A DNA stretch of 47,005 bases from Verrucomicrobiales bacterium (GCA_031265105.1 JAISDC010000046.1:1-47005), one strand, 5' to 3'. Counted from the stretch's first letter, positions 8,780 through 17,306 are shown. A program made the numbers and translations. Notes: generated from the sequence alone by a model not told the origin.

Positions 8780-9925
8780 TCAGCGGAACAGTTTCCCGAT
8801 TTCCGCGACGGCCCGCCGGTTCGCCCCCGGCTCGCCGAGTTGCTGAACCACCGCGCGCAACGCCGTCTTCATCTTCGCCGCCAGCTCGCGGTTGACGAGC
8901 AACCGCCGCGCCGCCGTTGCCAGGGCGTCGGGATTGGCGGCGCCTTGCAAAAATTCGGGCACGATTTTTTTGCCGGCAATCAGGTTGACAATGCTGATGG
9001 CGTCAAGCGTCACCAGCCGCCGGCCGATGAAGAAGGTCAGCGGGTTGGCGCGATACAGCACCAGCATCGGCAGATTCGCCAGCGCGCATTCCAGCGTGGC
9101 GGTGCCGGAGGCCACGAGCGCCAAATCCGCCTGGCTCAGATGCGTGAGCTGGTAGCCGCTGTAGATTTCCAGATTCAACAATTCCGCCCGCTGACGGTGA
9201 ATGAGTTCCTCGGCCAGCGCGCGACTGTCAGCGTCGTTGACCAGCAGTTGAAAACTCACGCCGGGCACCATCGGCGCCAGCCGGCGGCAGGTGTCCAGCA
9301 GCAGCGGCAGGTGCGCGGTGATTTCCTTGCGGCGGCTGCCGGGCATCAGTACCACCCGCTGACCGTCACGCGACTCGACCGGCGCCGCCGGCAATTGCCG
9401 CCAGCGGTCCAGCGCCGGATGACCGATCCAGACGGTGTTGAGCGCGGGCGCGCGCGCGGCGAACCAGTCCTGTTCGAACGGGAAAATCACCAGCAGCAAA
9501 TCGAGCAGCCGCTCCATTTTCGCGGCGCGGCCCGCCTTCCACGCCCACGCTTGCGGCGCGATGTAGTAGATGATTTTGGTGTCGGGCAACAGCGCCCGCG
9601 CCCGCTCCGCCAGACGCAAATTGAAGCCGGGAAAATCCACCAGGATGATGGCGTCGGGCCGCTGACGTTGCAAGTCGTCGAGCACGCGGCGGAACAACCC
9701 GCGGAATTTGCGCAGATTGAGCAACACGTCGGTGAGGCCGACCACCGCGTGTTGCGCCAGGTCAAACAACTGCCGCTGACCGGCGGCCTTCAACTGCGGC
9801 CCGCCGACGCCGAGAAACACGCCGTCCGGCCACGCCTTTTGCAATTCGCGCAGCAACTCCGCCGCGTGCCGGTCGCCGCTCGCCTCGCCGGCGATGAGAT
9901 AGAAAGTGGGAGCCGAGTTTGCCAT
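8780..9925 (-). CDS. lpxB: Lipid-A-disaccharide synthase
   Basis: 381 aa with FYLIAGEASGD N-terminus, VDFPGFNLRLA, PGSR and ASGTATLE, typical of GT19 LpxB. Confidence 0.92.
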   Translation of the reverse strand: MANSAPTFYLIAGEASGDRHAAELLRELQKAWPDGVFLGVGGPQLKAAGQRQLFDLAQHAVVGLTDVLLNLRKFRGLFRRVLDDLQRQRPDAIILVDFPGFNLRLAERARALLPDTKIIYYIAPQAWAWKAGRAAKMERLLDLLLVIFPFEQDWFAARAPALNTVWIGHPALDRWRQLPAAPVESRDGQRVVLMPGSRRKEITAHLPLLLDTCRRLAPMVPGVSFQLLVNDADSRALAEELIHRQRAELLNLEIYSGYQLTHLSQADLALVASGTATLECALANLPMLVLYRANPLTFFIGRRLVTLDAISIVNLIAGKKIVPEFLQGAANPDALATAARRLLVNRELAAKMKTALRAVVQQLGEPGANRRAVAEIGKLFR

Positions 9926-9928
9926 TCG

Positions 9929-10855
9929 TCAGACCAGTTTTTGCGCCCGAATTTGCGCGATGATTTCCGCGGCGAGGCGCAGCGCGGCGGTCGAGTGGTC
10001 GCCGCTGACAATGGGCGCGCCGTGCGTGGCGACACAGTTGGCGAACGACGCCAGTTGCCGCTGCAACGGCTCGTCCTTGCTCACCGGAATTTTGTCGCGG
10101 ACAATCTTGCCGTTGGCGCGCCGGTAAATTTCCCCCTCCTGTTTCATGTAGTCGAGTGACAGGTAGGCGTCGTCCTGGAACACGCGGATTTTGCGCAGTT
10201 TTTCCGGGCTGATGCGGCTGGTGGTGAGGTTGGCGACGCAGCCGCTGGCGAAACGGAGGCGGACGTTGGCGATGTCCTCCGCCGCGCTGAGCACCGGCAC
10301 GCCGACCGCGTCGAGCGACACGACCGGCGAGCGGACGATGTGCATGATGATTTCGAGGTCGTGAATCATCACGTCGAGCACCACGCTGACATCGGTGCTG
10401 CGTTCAGGGTACGGCGACAGCCGATGCGCCTCGATGAAGCGCGGGCGCGTGAGCCGTTCCTCCAGCGCCGTCAGCACGGGGTTGAACCGCTCGATGTGGC
10501 CGACTTGCAAAATCAAATCCCGCGCGCGCGCCAGTTCGACCAGTTGCACCGCCTCGTCCGTCGTGCTGGTGATGGGCTTTTCCATGAGGATGTGCTTGCC
10601 CGCCTCGAGCAATTTTTTGCCCAACTCGAAATGCGCCGTCGTCGCGGCGCTGACGCTGGCGGCGTCAACCGCGGCGAGCAACTCATCCAGCGTGGCGAAA
10701 GCGCGGCAACCGTGCTTCGCGGCGACCTTGCGCGCGCGCTCACCGTCAGCGTCATACACCCCGGCAAATTCCACCTGTTCCAGGCCGGCGTAAATCCGCG
10801 CGTGATGCTGCCCCATGCTGCCGACCCCGACCACTCCGATTTTAATCTTGCTCAT
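9929..10855 (-). CDS. Gfo/Idh/MocA oxidoreductase embedded in the lpx operon (possible GnnA-like UDP-GlcNAc 3-dehydrogenase)
   Basis: KIGVVGVGSMGQHH Rossmann motif and MEKP motif, 308 aa. Located 3 nt from lpxB and 30 nt from lpxI. Confidence 0.8.
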   Translation of the reverse strand: MSKIKIGVVGVGSMGQHHARIYAGLEQVEFAGVYDADGERARKVAAKHGCRAFATLDELLAAVDAASVSAATTAHFELGKKLLEAGKHILMEKPITSTTDEAVQLVELARARDLILQVGHIERFNPVLTALEERLTRPRFIEAHRLSPYPERSTDVSVVLDVMIHDLEIIMHIVRSPVVSLDAVGVPVLSAAEDIANVRLRFASGCVANLTTSRISPEKLRKIRVFQDDAYLSLDYMKQEGEIYRRANGKIVRDKIPVSKDEPLQRQLASFANCVATHGAPIVSGDHSTAALRLAAEIIAQIRAQKLV

Positions 10856-10885
10856 AATTTTTTTGCGCGTCGCGACGGTTGCTTT

Positions 10886-11689
10886 TCATTCCTTCGCGAA
10901 AATCGTCACTCCCAACTCCGCTGACAGTGACGTGATTTCATCCCAACCCAGCAACAGCGTCCGGCCGGCCTCGACCACCACGGCGGAAATTTTTGACTCG
11001 GCGCAAATCCGCGCGGTGTCGGGGCCGATGACCGGCACATCGAAACGCGGATCCTGCCCCGGCTTGGACACCTTCACCAGCAGCGCCCCGCCGCCGCCAA
11101 GCGCGCCGCCGCGCCGGATGGTCGCGTTGGTGCCGTCGTGCCCCTCGACCGCCAGCACGGTGCCCTTTTTCACGACGACGGACTGGCCGATGTCCAGCCG
11201 GCTGATTTCCTTGGCGATGCCCCAGCCGAAATCCGCGTCGCGCGACTGGCGTTTGGACAACCGCGGCCCCGCGACCAGCCCCGCCGGCGGCAGAAATTTT
11301 TCCATGAACGTCGTGGCCGGCAGCAGCCGCACGCCGGCCCGCTCCAGCGCCCCCGCCACCGCGCCGAACAACGACTCGGCATTACGCTCCCGCAACGCCG
11401 CCAGCAGCAGCAGCGCCTTGAAATCCGGGCGAAAATCGAACAACCGGCCCGGCGTGATTTGCCCCGCCATGATGGCCTGGTCAACGGCAGCGTCCTTGAA
11501 AAAAGCCAGCAATTTACCGAGTTGCCCGACCTTCATCCAGCAGTGCCCGTCAGCCCTCGCCGTCAGCGCCGGGTCGGTCTCCCCCGTAAACGCCGCGATG
11601 ACGATTTGGCCCGCGAATTGGCGGCGCGCCTCGTCCAGCAACAGGCTGGGATAAAGACCTTTCCCGGCGATGATTCCCAAAACCGACAT
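10886..11689 (-). CDS. lpxI: UDP-2,3-diacylglucosamine pyrophosphatase LpxI (DUF1009)
   Basis: LGIIAGKGLYP N-terminus, ISRLDIGQSVVVKKGTVLAVEGHDGTNATIRRGG and DVPVIG match my memory of Caulobacter LpxI. ATG at 11689; the longer track ORF is an upstream shadow. Confidence 0.85.
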   Translation of the reverse strand: MSVLGIIAGKGLYPSLLLDEARRQFAGQIVIAAFTGETDPALTARADGHCWMKVGQLGKLLAFFKDAAVDQAIMAGQITPGRLFDFRPDFKALLLLAALRERNAESLFGAVAGALERAGVRLLPATTFMEKFLPPAGLVAGPRLSKRQSRDADFGWGIAKEISRLDIGQSVVVKKGTVLAVEGHDGTNATIRRGGALGGGGALLVKVSKPGQDPRFDVPVIGPDTARICAESKISAVVVEAGRTLLLGWDEITSLSAELGVTIFAKE

Positions 11690-11754
11690 TGAGTAACAGG
11701 TTAGAAGCCGCGCGCGAGTTAGCAATGCGGATTTTTCACCGCCGGGGCGCCGCC

Positions 11755-12648
11755 TCACTCCAATTCCGCCTTGCGCTGCATCAAAGTCCGCAAGCCCTGC
11801 GCGGGCGGTTTGCGGCAGTACAAAATTTGATACAACTCGCTGACGATGGGCGCGTTGATTTTTTGTCCTTGCGCCAACTCGTGCAACGCTTTCACGGTCG
11901 GGACGCCCTCGGCGGTGCCGGCGAGGTTGCGGAGAATTTCCGGCAACTCGCGGCCCCGGCCCAGCGCCTCGCCGACTTTGTGGTTGCGGCTTTCGGGACT
12001 GTAGGCGGTCAGCAGCAGGTCGCCCATGCCGCTGAGGCCGTAGATGGTTGCCGCGCGCGCGCCCTTGGCGGCGGCGATGCGGGCCATCTCCGCCAGCGCG
12101 CGCGTCATCAACGCGGCCATGGTGTTCTCGCCGAGACGCAAGCCCTGGCAAATGCCGCCCGCCAGCGCGTACACGTTTTTCAACGCGCCGCCGAGTTCGA
12201 CGCCGGTCAAATCGGTGCTGCGGTAGGCGCGGAAGACTTTGCCGTGCACGATTTTTTGCATCGTCACGGCCAGCGGCTCGCTGGCGGCGGCCACCACCAC
12301 CACCGTCGGCACGCCGGCCTGCACTTCCGCGGCGAGGCTGGGGCCGCTGACGGCGCCGACATCGTCCTTGCGCCACACTTCGCGGACGATTTCGCTGACC
12401 AGTTGGTGGGTGGATAGTTCGAGACCCTTGATGAGGCTGAACACGGGCGCTGACGGTGACGGGTAGAGTTCCAGCACTTTCCGCACGGCCTGGCACGGGA
12501 CGGCGAGAATCACGTAGTCGCCATGACCGTCAGCGGGCCACGCGGTGTCGCCGATGTCGAGGAAGCGCACCGCGTGACCGTTCAAGGTCAGCGCCTTGCC
12601 GAACGCCGAACCCCAGGCGCCGGCACCGATGATGGTGATGTTTTTCAT
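11755..12648 (-). CDS. gpsA: NAD(P)H-dependent glycerol-3-phosphate dehydrogenase
   Basis: MKNITIIGAGAWGSAFG Rossmann motif, GPSLAAEV and GGALKNVYALAGG. ATG at 12648. Confidence 0.92.
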   Translation of the reverse strand: MKNITIIGAGAWGSAFGKALTLNGHAVRFLDIGDTAWPADGHGDYVILAVPCQAVRKVLELYPSPSAPVFSLIKGLELSTHQLVSEIVREVWRKDDVGAVSGPSLAAEVQAGVPTVVVVAAASEPLAVTMQKIVHGKVFRAYRSTDLTGVELGGALKNVYALAGGICQGLRLGENTMAALMTRALAEMARIAAAKGARAATIYGLSGMGDLLLTAYSPESRNHKVGEALGRGRELPEILRNLAGTAEGVPTVKALHELAQGQKINAPIVSELYQILYCRKPPAQGLRTLMQRKAELE

Positions 12649-13301
12649 TGCTTGGCAAACCGGTTTTCCGTGCCGGCCAGCAGCCGTTTGATGTTCGCGC
12701 GGTGCGTCCAAATCACCATGAAGCACAGGAACAGCGCGAGGCCGGTGTACCATTGGAGGTCGGCGCGCGGCGCGTCCTGCCAGCGCAGCGAGGCGAACGC
12801 GGCCACCGGCAGCGCCACCGCCGCTGACAGTGAGGCGAGCGAGACGTAACGCGAGCCGTAAAACACGGCGGCCCACAGCGCCAGGCACACCAGCAGCGCC
12901 CACGGCAACAGCGCGCCGATGAACCCCGCTGACGAAGCCACCCCCTTGCCGCCCTTGAATCCGAGGTACGGGCAAAACGTGTGACCGAGGACAATCAGCA
13001 GGCCGCAGACCACGATGAACCACGGCGGCAGACTGTCAGCGTCAGCGCCGTGACACACCTGCGCCAGCGCCGCGCCTTTCAGGAACCACACCGGCAAAAA
13101 AGCCTTCAAAAAATCGCCGCCAAACACCGGCAGGCCGTATTTCGCGCCCAACACCCGCATGACATTAGTCGCGCCGATGTTCTTGCTGCCATGCTCCCGA
13201 ATGTCAATGCCGGCGATTTTTCCCGCGATAAACCCGAATGGAATCCCGCCAATCAAGAAACACGCCAAGGCAATGCCGCCGCCCGTAAACCAGTCAGTCA
13301 T
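12645..13301 (-). CDS. plsY: Glycerol-3-phosphate acyltransferase PlsY
   Basis: GSKNIGATNV and FKGGKGVA motifs, multi-TM. ATG 13301 (MTDWFTGGG). The stop overlaps the gpsA start by 4 nt. Confidence 0.9.
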   Translation of the reverse strand: MTDWFTGGGIALACFLIGGIPFGFIAGKIAGIDIREHGSKNIGATNVMRVLGAKYGLPVFGGDFLKAFLPVWFLKGAALAQVCHGADADSLPPWFIVVCGLLIVLGHTFCPYLGFKGGKGVASSAGFIGALLPWALLVCLALWAAVFYGSRYVSLASLSAAVALPVAAFASLRWQDAPRADLQWYTGLALFLCFMVIWTHRANIKRLLAGTENRFAKQ

Positions 13302-13388
13302 CCGGACAGTATAAAACACTCCCCCGCCCCGCGCAACGCAAAGCTGCTGATGGAGAACTCCGGCCATGAAGACGCGGGGAAAATTTCA

Positions 13389-13454
13389 CCACTAAGACAC
13401 CAAGGCACGAAGGCTGTTTTTTTAACAAACCTTCGTGCCTTGGTGTCTTAGTGG
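13389..13454 (-). terminator. Perfect 25-bp-stem hairpin immediately 3' of autotransporter 2 (probable terminator / REP-like element)
   Basis: CCACTAAGACACCAAGGCACGAAGG, 16-nt A/T loop, CCTTCGTGCCTTGGTGTCTTAGTGG. It starts 13 nt after the TAA stop on the minus strand and is followed by TGAAATTTT. Confidence 0.55.
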
Positions 13455-13466
13455 TTCGAATTGTTT

Positions 13467-16013
13467 TTAGAACTGGTGCCGATAGCCGGCGGTCAGTCCC
13501 CAGGGTTTGTCGTACTTGTCGCCGAAGGAGGCTTCGTAGTCGAGGTGGAGTTGATTGTCAGCGTCCAACTGCCAGATGAGGCCGCCGCCTACTTCGGCTC
13601 GTGCACCGTCAGTGTTGGCGCGGGTGGATTGATAGCCGTTTCTGATGGTGCCACCGCTGCTGATGGTTTCGACGCCGCTGACCTTGAGGTAGGGCTGGAG
13701 TGCGCCGCCGTTGGTGAGGTTGATGGTTCTGCCAAAGAGGCTGCCGATGCGGAGTTGCAAGGCGTCGAGGTCTTGGGCGCTGATGGTCAAGGGAGCGGCG
13801 CTGTAATCCTCAGCGAGGATGTGGAGGTAGTTCACTTGGAACTGAGGTTCGATGAACCAAGCATCGCTGAAGGTGAACTTTTTGCCGAGTTCGATACTGC
13901 CACCGAGGTTGACATCGCTGTAGTTGGCTTTGAGTTGGGTATTGGCGTAGGGGGCGTTTAGTTCGTTGTCAACGCTGGCGGCTTTGAAGGTAGCGTCGAG
14001 GTAGAAGCCGCTGCTGTGTAACCACGTGGCATAGAGACCGCCGTAGTAGGAGTTGAGTTTACCGTTAGCGCCGGGGGTGCGGTAATCTATATCACTGCGG
14101 CCGTAGCCGGCATAGACACCGAGATACAAGTCATTGTCAGCGTTGAGGGTGAATTTGTGATCAGTGCCGAGATCCACGCCGTAGATGAGTTGTTCGTAGG
14201 CTTTGCCAGCGACTTTGCCGCTGATGTTGAGTTGTTGGCCGTAGCTGCGGAGCCAGATGTTTTCAATTATATGGAGCGCGGGCGTCCCGCCCGCTGGCGG
14301 GCGAGACGCCCGCGCTCCATAGCGCAGTTCACCCATGCGCTTGAGCAGGCTGTTCTGCTGCGCGAACCACATGGCTTGTTGGATCGCCACGCTGCTGTTT
14401 AGGACGGCGCCGGCGGGGCTGGTACCTTGTTTGACGAAGTGGTCACCGTCTTTGATGATGGTGTCGATGCCCCAGTCGATGGGATCCCATTGCCAGTTCT
14501 CCGTGCCGTCGCCGGTGACTTTGCCGGGGAGGACTTGGTTGGGGTCGGCTTTACCGTTGCCGGTGGTGTCGATGTGGACGGTGCCTGCACCGTCAGCGGT
14601 GCCGGTGATGGTGATGGAGCCGCCTTCGCCGGTGTCGGTGTTGACGCTGAGGTTGACGGTGCCGGTGTGGGTCATGTTGTCGAAGGTGACGTTGTAGTCG
14701 CCGATGTTCCACACGCCGTGGTTTTCGCCGTAGTTGCCGTGGCTGTCTTTGTTGAAAGTCCACGCGCTGTCGCTGCCGGTGATGAGGTTGCCGCCGTTAT
14801 AGCCGCCTTGGCCGGTGGCGCTGTTATCGAGGGTGATGGTGACGGCTGCGTCGTCGTTTTGGGTGATGTCACCGAGCAGGGTGCTGTTGGTGCCGCTGAC
14901 GGTGAGGTTGAGAGTGCCGGAGCCGCCACCGATGACGTCGCCGTACAAGTCGGTGTTGTTGGCGGTGACGTTGACGATGGCGCTGCCGCTCACGTTGACA
15001 GCATTGCTGCCGTCATCCGTGGTACGCACGTCGTTGAGTATAATTTGGTGGTCAGTGCCGCCGCTAACACCGATTTTACTACCGTCCGGATTGGTGACGC
15101 TGATGGAGCCGCCGTTCATTTCCACGGCGGCGGTGACGGCGGACATTACGATGCCGGCGTTGCTGCCGATGAGGTCAACGTCAACCAGGACGGCCCGCTG
15201 GTTGGTACCGCTGTGATAGCTGTTAGCCATGACGGCGATGGCGCCTTGCAGGGTGCCGCCGATGACGGTGACAAAAGCGTTGTCCTCTTCCATCAGCAAA
15301 GCCGACGCCTCGCTTTTGACATTCAGGTTCCTGACGGTGCCCGACGAGCCGGCGTTGGCGTAGAGGCCGTATGACATGGTGCCGGCGGTGGTGATGGTCA
15401 CGTCGGTCAGGTCGTAGGTCGCCCTGCTGGCCCAAATGCCATGCGCATTAAGCACGCCGGACGTGTTGATGGTCAGCCCGGTGCCAGTCAGCGTGGCGTC
15501 GCCGGTGAGTTGAACCGCGGCGCCGGCGAAGTAGCCCTGGGTTTTGGTAAAGTTGACGGTCACGTTTTGCACCTGGCCGATGGCGCTGCCGGTGAGACTC
15601 AGCGCGTAGGTTATGTTTTCCACCCTGGTGGCGGTGGCGCTGATTTGCACGTCGGTCAAACTGACGGTGGCTTGGTCGGTGGCGAACACCGCGTACTTGT
15701 AATTAGTTCTGTCCCAGTCGCTGGTGGTGAGGGTGACGGTGCTGCTGTGCAAGTCCAGCCGCGCGGTGCCGTCCACGTAAGCGCCGTAACCGCCGCGCCC
15801 GCTGGTGTTGCCGTTGTCGGCGATGAGGGTGACGGCGGTGCCGCTGTAGGCGCCCTGATTGGTGACCCACAGGGCGGCTTCGCTGGCGGTGGCTTGGTAG
15901 GTGGCGCCGCTTTCGGCTTCGGTGGAGCCGTCAACGACTTTGGTGGCGGCGAGTACGCTCAACGCGGAGACGCTGAGGGCGCAGAGGATGAGGAGTTTGA
16001 GTTTGGGGTGCAT
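13467..16013 (-). CDS. Autotransporter-family outer-membrane protein, paralog 2 (full length, 848 aa)
   Basis: Signal peptide MHPKLKLLILCALSVSALSVLA and a repetitive Gly/Thr/Asn passenger. RMGELR...IWLRSYG junction, then a C-terminal beta-barrel of alternating hydrophobic strands ending ...WGLTAGYRHQF (terminal aromatic residue). Confidence 0.9.
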   Translation of the reverse strand: MHPKLKLLILCALSVSALSVLAATKVVDGSTEAESGATYQATASEAALWVTNQGAYSGTAVTLIADNGNTSGRGGYGAYVDGTARLDLHSSTVTLTTSDWDRTNYKYAVFATDQATVSLTDVQISATATRVENITYALSLTGSAIGQVQNVTVNFTKTQGYFAGAAVQLTGDATLTGTGLTINTSGVLNAHGIWASRATYDLTDVTITTAGTMSYGLYANAGSSGTVRNLNVKSEASALLMEEDNAFVTVIGGTLQGAIAVMANSYHSGTNQRAVLVDVDLIGSNAGIVMSAVTAAVEMNGGSISVTNPDGSKIGVSGGTDHQIILNDVRTTDDGSNAVNVSGSAIVNVTANNTDLYGDVIGGGSGTLNLTVSGTNSTLLGDITQNDDAAVTITLDNSATGQGGYNGGNLITGSDSAWTFNKDSHGNYGENHGVWNIGDYNVTFDNMTHTGTVNLSVNTDTGEGGSITITGTADGAGTVHIDTTGNGKADPNQVLPGKVTGDGTENWQWDPIDWGIDTIIKDGDHFVKQGTSPAGAVLNSSVAIQQAMWFAQQNSLLKRMGELRYGARASRPPAGGTPALHIIENIWLRSYGQQLNISGKVAGKAYEQLIYGVDLGTDHKFTLNADNDLYLGVYAGYGRSDIDYRTPGANGKLNSYYGGLYATWLHSSGFYLDATFKAASVDNELNAPYANTQLKANYSDVNLGGSIELGKKFTFSDAWFIEPQFQVNYLHILAEDYSAAPLTISAQDLDALQLRIGSLFGRTINLTNGGALQPYLKVSGVETISSGGTIRNGYQSTRANTDGARAEVGGGLIWQLDADNQLHLDYEASFGDKYDKPWGLTAGYRHQF
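14271..14320. repeat. 50-bp palindrome inside the autotransporter-2 CDS (one arm mismatch)
   Basis: Same sequence as 183..232 except A at 14304. In the gene frame that change is synonymous (TCC to TCT, Ser). Confidence 0.95.
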
Positions 16014-16053
16014 GTTGGTTCTTTCTGTTGGTTAGGGTTGGTTATGTTGATGG

Positions 16054-16116
16054 CTGCAAAAGAACGCAGAGAGGAACCTTTTAAAAAATCTCTGTGTTCT
16101 TTGCGTTCTCTTGCGG
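16054..16116. repeat. Hairpin element in the autotransporter-2 leader
   Basis: AAAGAACGCAGAG (16059-16071) pairs with CTCTGTGTTCTTT (16090-16102), including one G-T pair, around loop AGGAACCTTTTAAAAAAT. The right side continues with stuttered words GCGTTCTCTTGCGG. Confidence 0.75.
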
Positions 16117-16232
16117 CCATTAAATGGAGGCGCAGATGACGCTGACAATCGGCGTATTGCCGGATGGGGAATGAAGTGGGTAAAACTCTGCGGGGAAATT
16201 AAGGAATCAGGGCAAGAGTCATAATCAGCGGT

Positions 16233-16311
16233 GAGCGCGTGAGCGCGTGAGCGCGTGAGCGCGTGAGCGCGTGAGCGCGTGAGCGCGTGAGCGCGTGAGC
16301 GCGTGAGCGCG
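16233..16311. repeat. Octanucleotide tandem repeat (GAGCGCGT) x 9.9
   Basis: Nine perfect units plus 7 nt counted directly, 220 bp upstream of the autotransporter-2 start codon. Confidence 0.97.
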
Positions 16312-16357
16312 ATGTACTTACTTTATGACTTAGGTCTCTCATCTTCAGCGAGTTGAT

Positions 16358-16386
16358 AGAGTATCTTATCAACCCGGTTGGCGCAA
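16358..16386 (-). promoter_or_regulatory. Candidate sigma70-type promoter of autotransporter 2
   Basis: Minus strand reads A-tract, TTGCGC, 17 nt, TACTCT. Positionally equivalent to 2289..2317. Confidence 0.3.
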
Positions 16387-16394
16387 GAAATTTT

Positions 16395-16466
16395 TTAACC
16401 ACGGATGGACACGGATTATTTTTTGTTGGTTTTAATCCGTGTCCATCAGTGTCCATCCGTGGTTAA
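16395..16466. repeat. Long hairpin element 3' of the SGNH hydrolase gene
   Basis: TTAACCACGGATGGACACGGATTA, T-rich loop, TAATCCGTGTCCAT(CAGTGTCCAT)CCGTGGTTAA. The right arm carries a 10-nt stutter duplication. It begins 7 nt after the stop at 16473. Confidence 0.8.
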
Positions 16467-16472
16467 ACAGCG

Positions 16473-17276
16473 TTACGACTTACCCTCAAGATACTTGTCA
16501 ATCAGCGGCTGGATGGCGTCCGCCCAGATTTGGTAGCCCTTTTCGTCCGGATGCAGGAAGTCGTACAAGACCTCCCGGCTGATGGTGCCGTCCGGCTGGA
16601 GGAACTGGTCGCCGAAATCGAGGAAGATGACCTTGTTGCCATCGGCGAACCTGGCAATCAGCTCGTTCATTTGCTTGCGCGAGGCCCGGCTGCCGCTGGG
16701 TTTTTCCCCGTTGGGCAAAACGCCGTGGAGCAAAATAACGGCGTCCGGGCAGCGTTCCCGATAGGCGGCGATGATGGCGCCGATTCCTTCCGCGATTTGT
16801 GTCGGGGTATTGGGCACGGTCTTGTTGATGCTGTTGCCGCCGGTGTTGTTGATGCCGATCATGAGCACGATCAGCTTGGGATTCAGGCCGGCGGCCTGTC
16901 CCTGGGCGAGGCGCCAGAGCAGATTTTCGGTGCGATCACCGCCGAGGCCGAAATTCACGGCGTCATACTTGGCGTAGCGTTGCGCCCAAATCTTTTTGCC
17001 GCGGCTCTGCCAGCCGTCGGTGATGGAATCGCCGTCGAAGATGATTTGGCAACTGGCGGCCACCTGTCGGCTGTTTTCAATATTGCGCTTGACGCGATAC
17101 AGCCAGTCAACGCGCGGCATCGCGTGGCTCGCCGGGTTTTGTCCGGCCGCGGCCGGTGCCGGGAAGTCCGGCAGGGCGGCGAGGATAGATGAGTTTTCTT
17201 GCGCCGCGATACCGGCTGCCAGACCGGAGAAAACACCGATTAATACCAATGGGAAACGCATTTTATGTCTTTTCAT
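16473..17276 (-). CDS. SGNH/GDSL hydrolase (PAF-acetylhydrolase-like esterase), secreted
   Basis: Blocks FDGDSITDGW, GLGGDRTENLLWRL, MIGINN and DFLHPD, plus a signal peptide. Paralog of 33967..34725. Confidence 0.85.
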   Translation of the reverse strand: MKRHKMRFPLVLIGVFSGLAAGIAAQENSSILAALPDFPAPAAAGQNPASHAMPRVDWLYRVKRNIENSRQVAASCQIIFDGDSITDGWQSRGKKIWAQRYAKYDAVNFGLGGDRTENLLWRLAQGQAAGLNPKLIVLMIGINNTGGNSINKTVPNTPTQIAEGIGAIIAAYRERCPDAVILLHGVLPNGEKPSGSRASRKQMNELIARFADGNKVIFLDFGDQFLQPDGTISREVLYDFLHPDEKGYQIWADAIQPLIDKYLEGKS

Positions 17277-17290
17277 AATTGATTAGGCTT

Positions 17291-17306
17291 ATTTGATATA
17301 TCAAAT
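17291..17306. promoter_or_regulatory. 16-bp perfect palindrome ATTTGATATATCAAAT (candidate operator)
   Basis: Read directly. It lies in the 78-216 bp divergent, AT-rich gap between the SGNH hydrolase gene and the orphan gene at 17355/17493. Confidence 0.25.

Noticed and set aside
10886-13023. Extended ORFs 10886..12496 (536 aa) and 11755..13023 (422 aa)
   Set aside because: The upstream extensions overlap the neighbouring real genes (gpsA, plsY) out of frame and are Arg/Pro/Gly-rich. Internal ATGs at 11689 and 12648 give canonical LpxI and GpsA N-termini.
1-16013. Diversity-generating retroelement (template/variable repeat) explanation for the two similar autotransporter segments
   Set aside because: The similarity spans the whole locus including non-coding leaders. 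Differences are not adenine-specific, and no reverse transcriptase is in the window. This is ordinary paralogy.
16233-16311. Octamer arrays as CRISPR arrays
   Set aside because: The 8-bp units are directly abutting with no spacers, and no cas genes are present. These are microsatellites.
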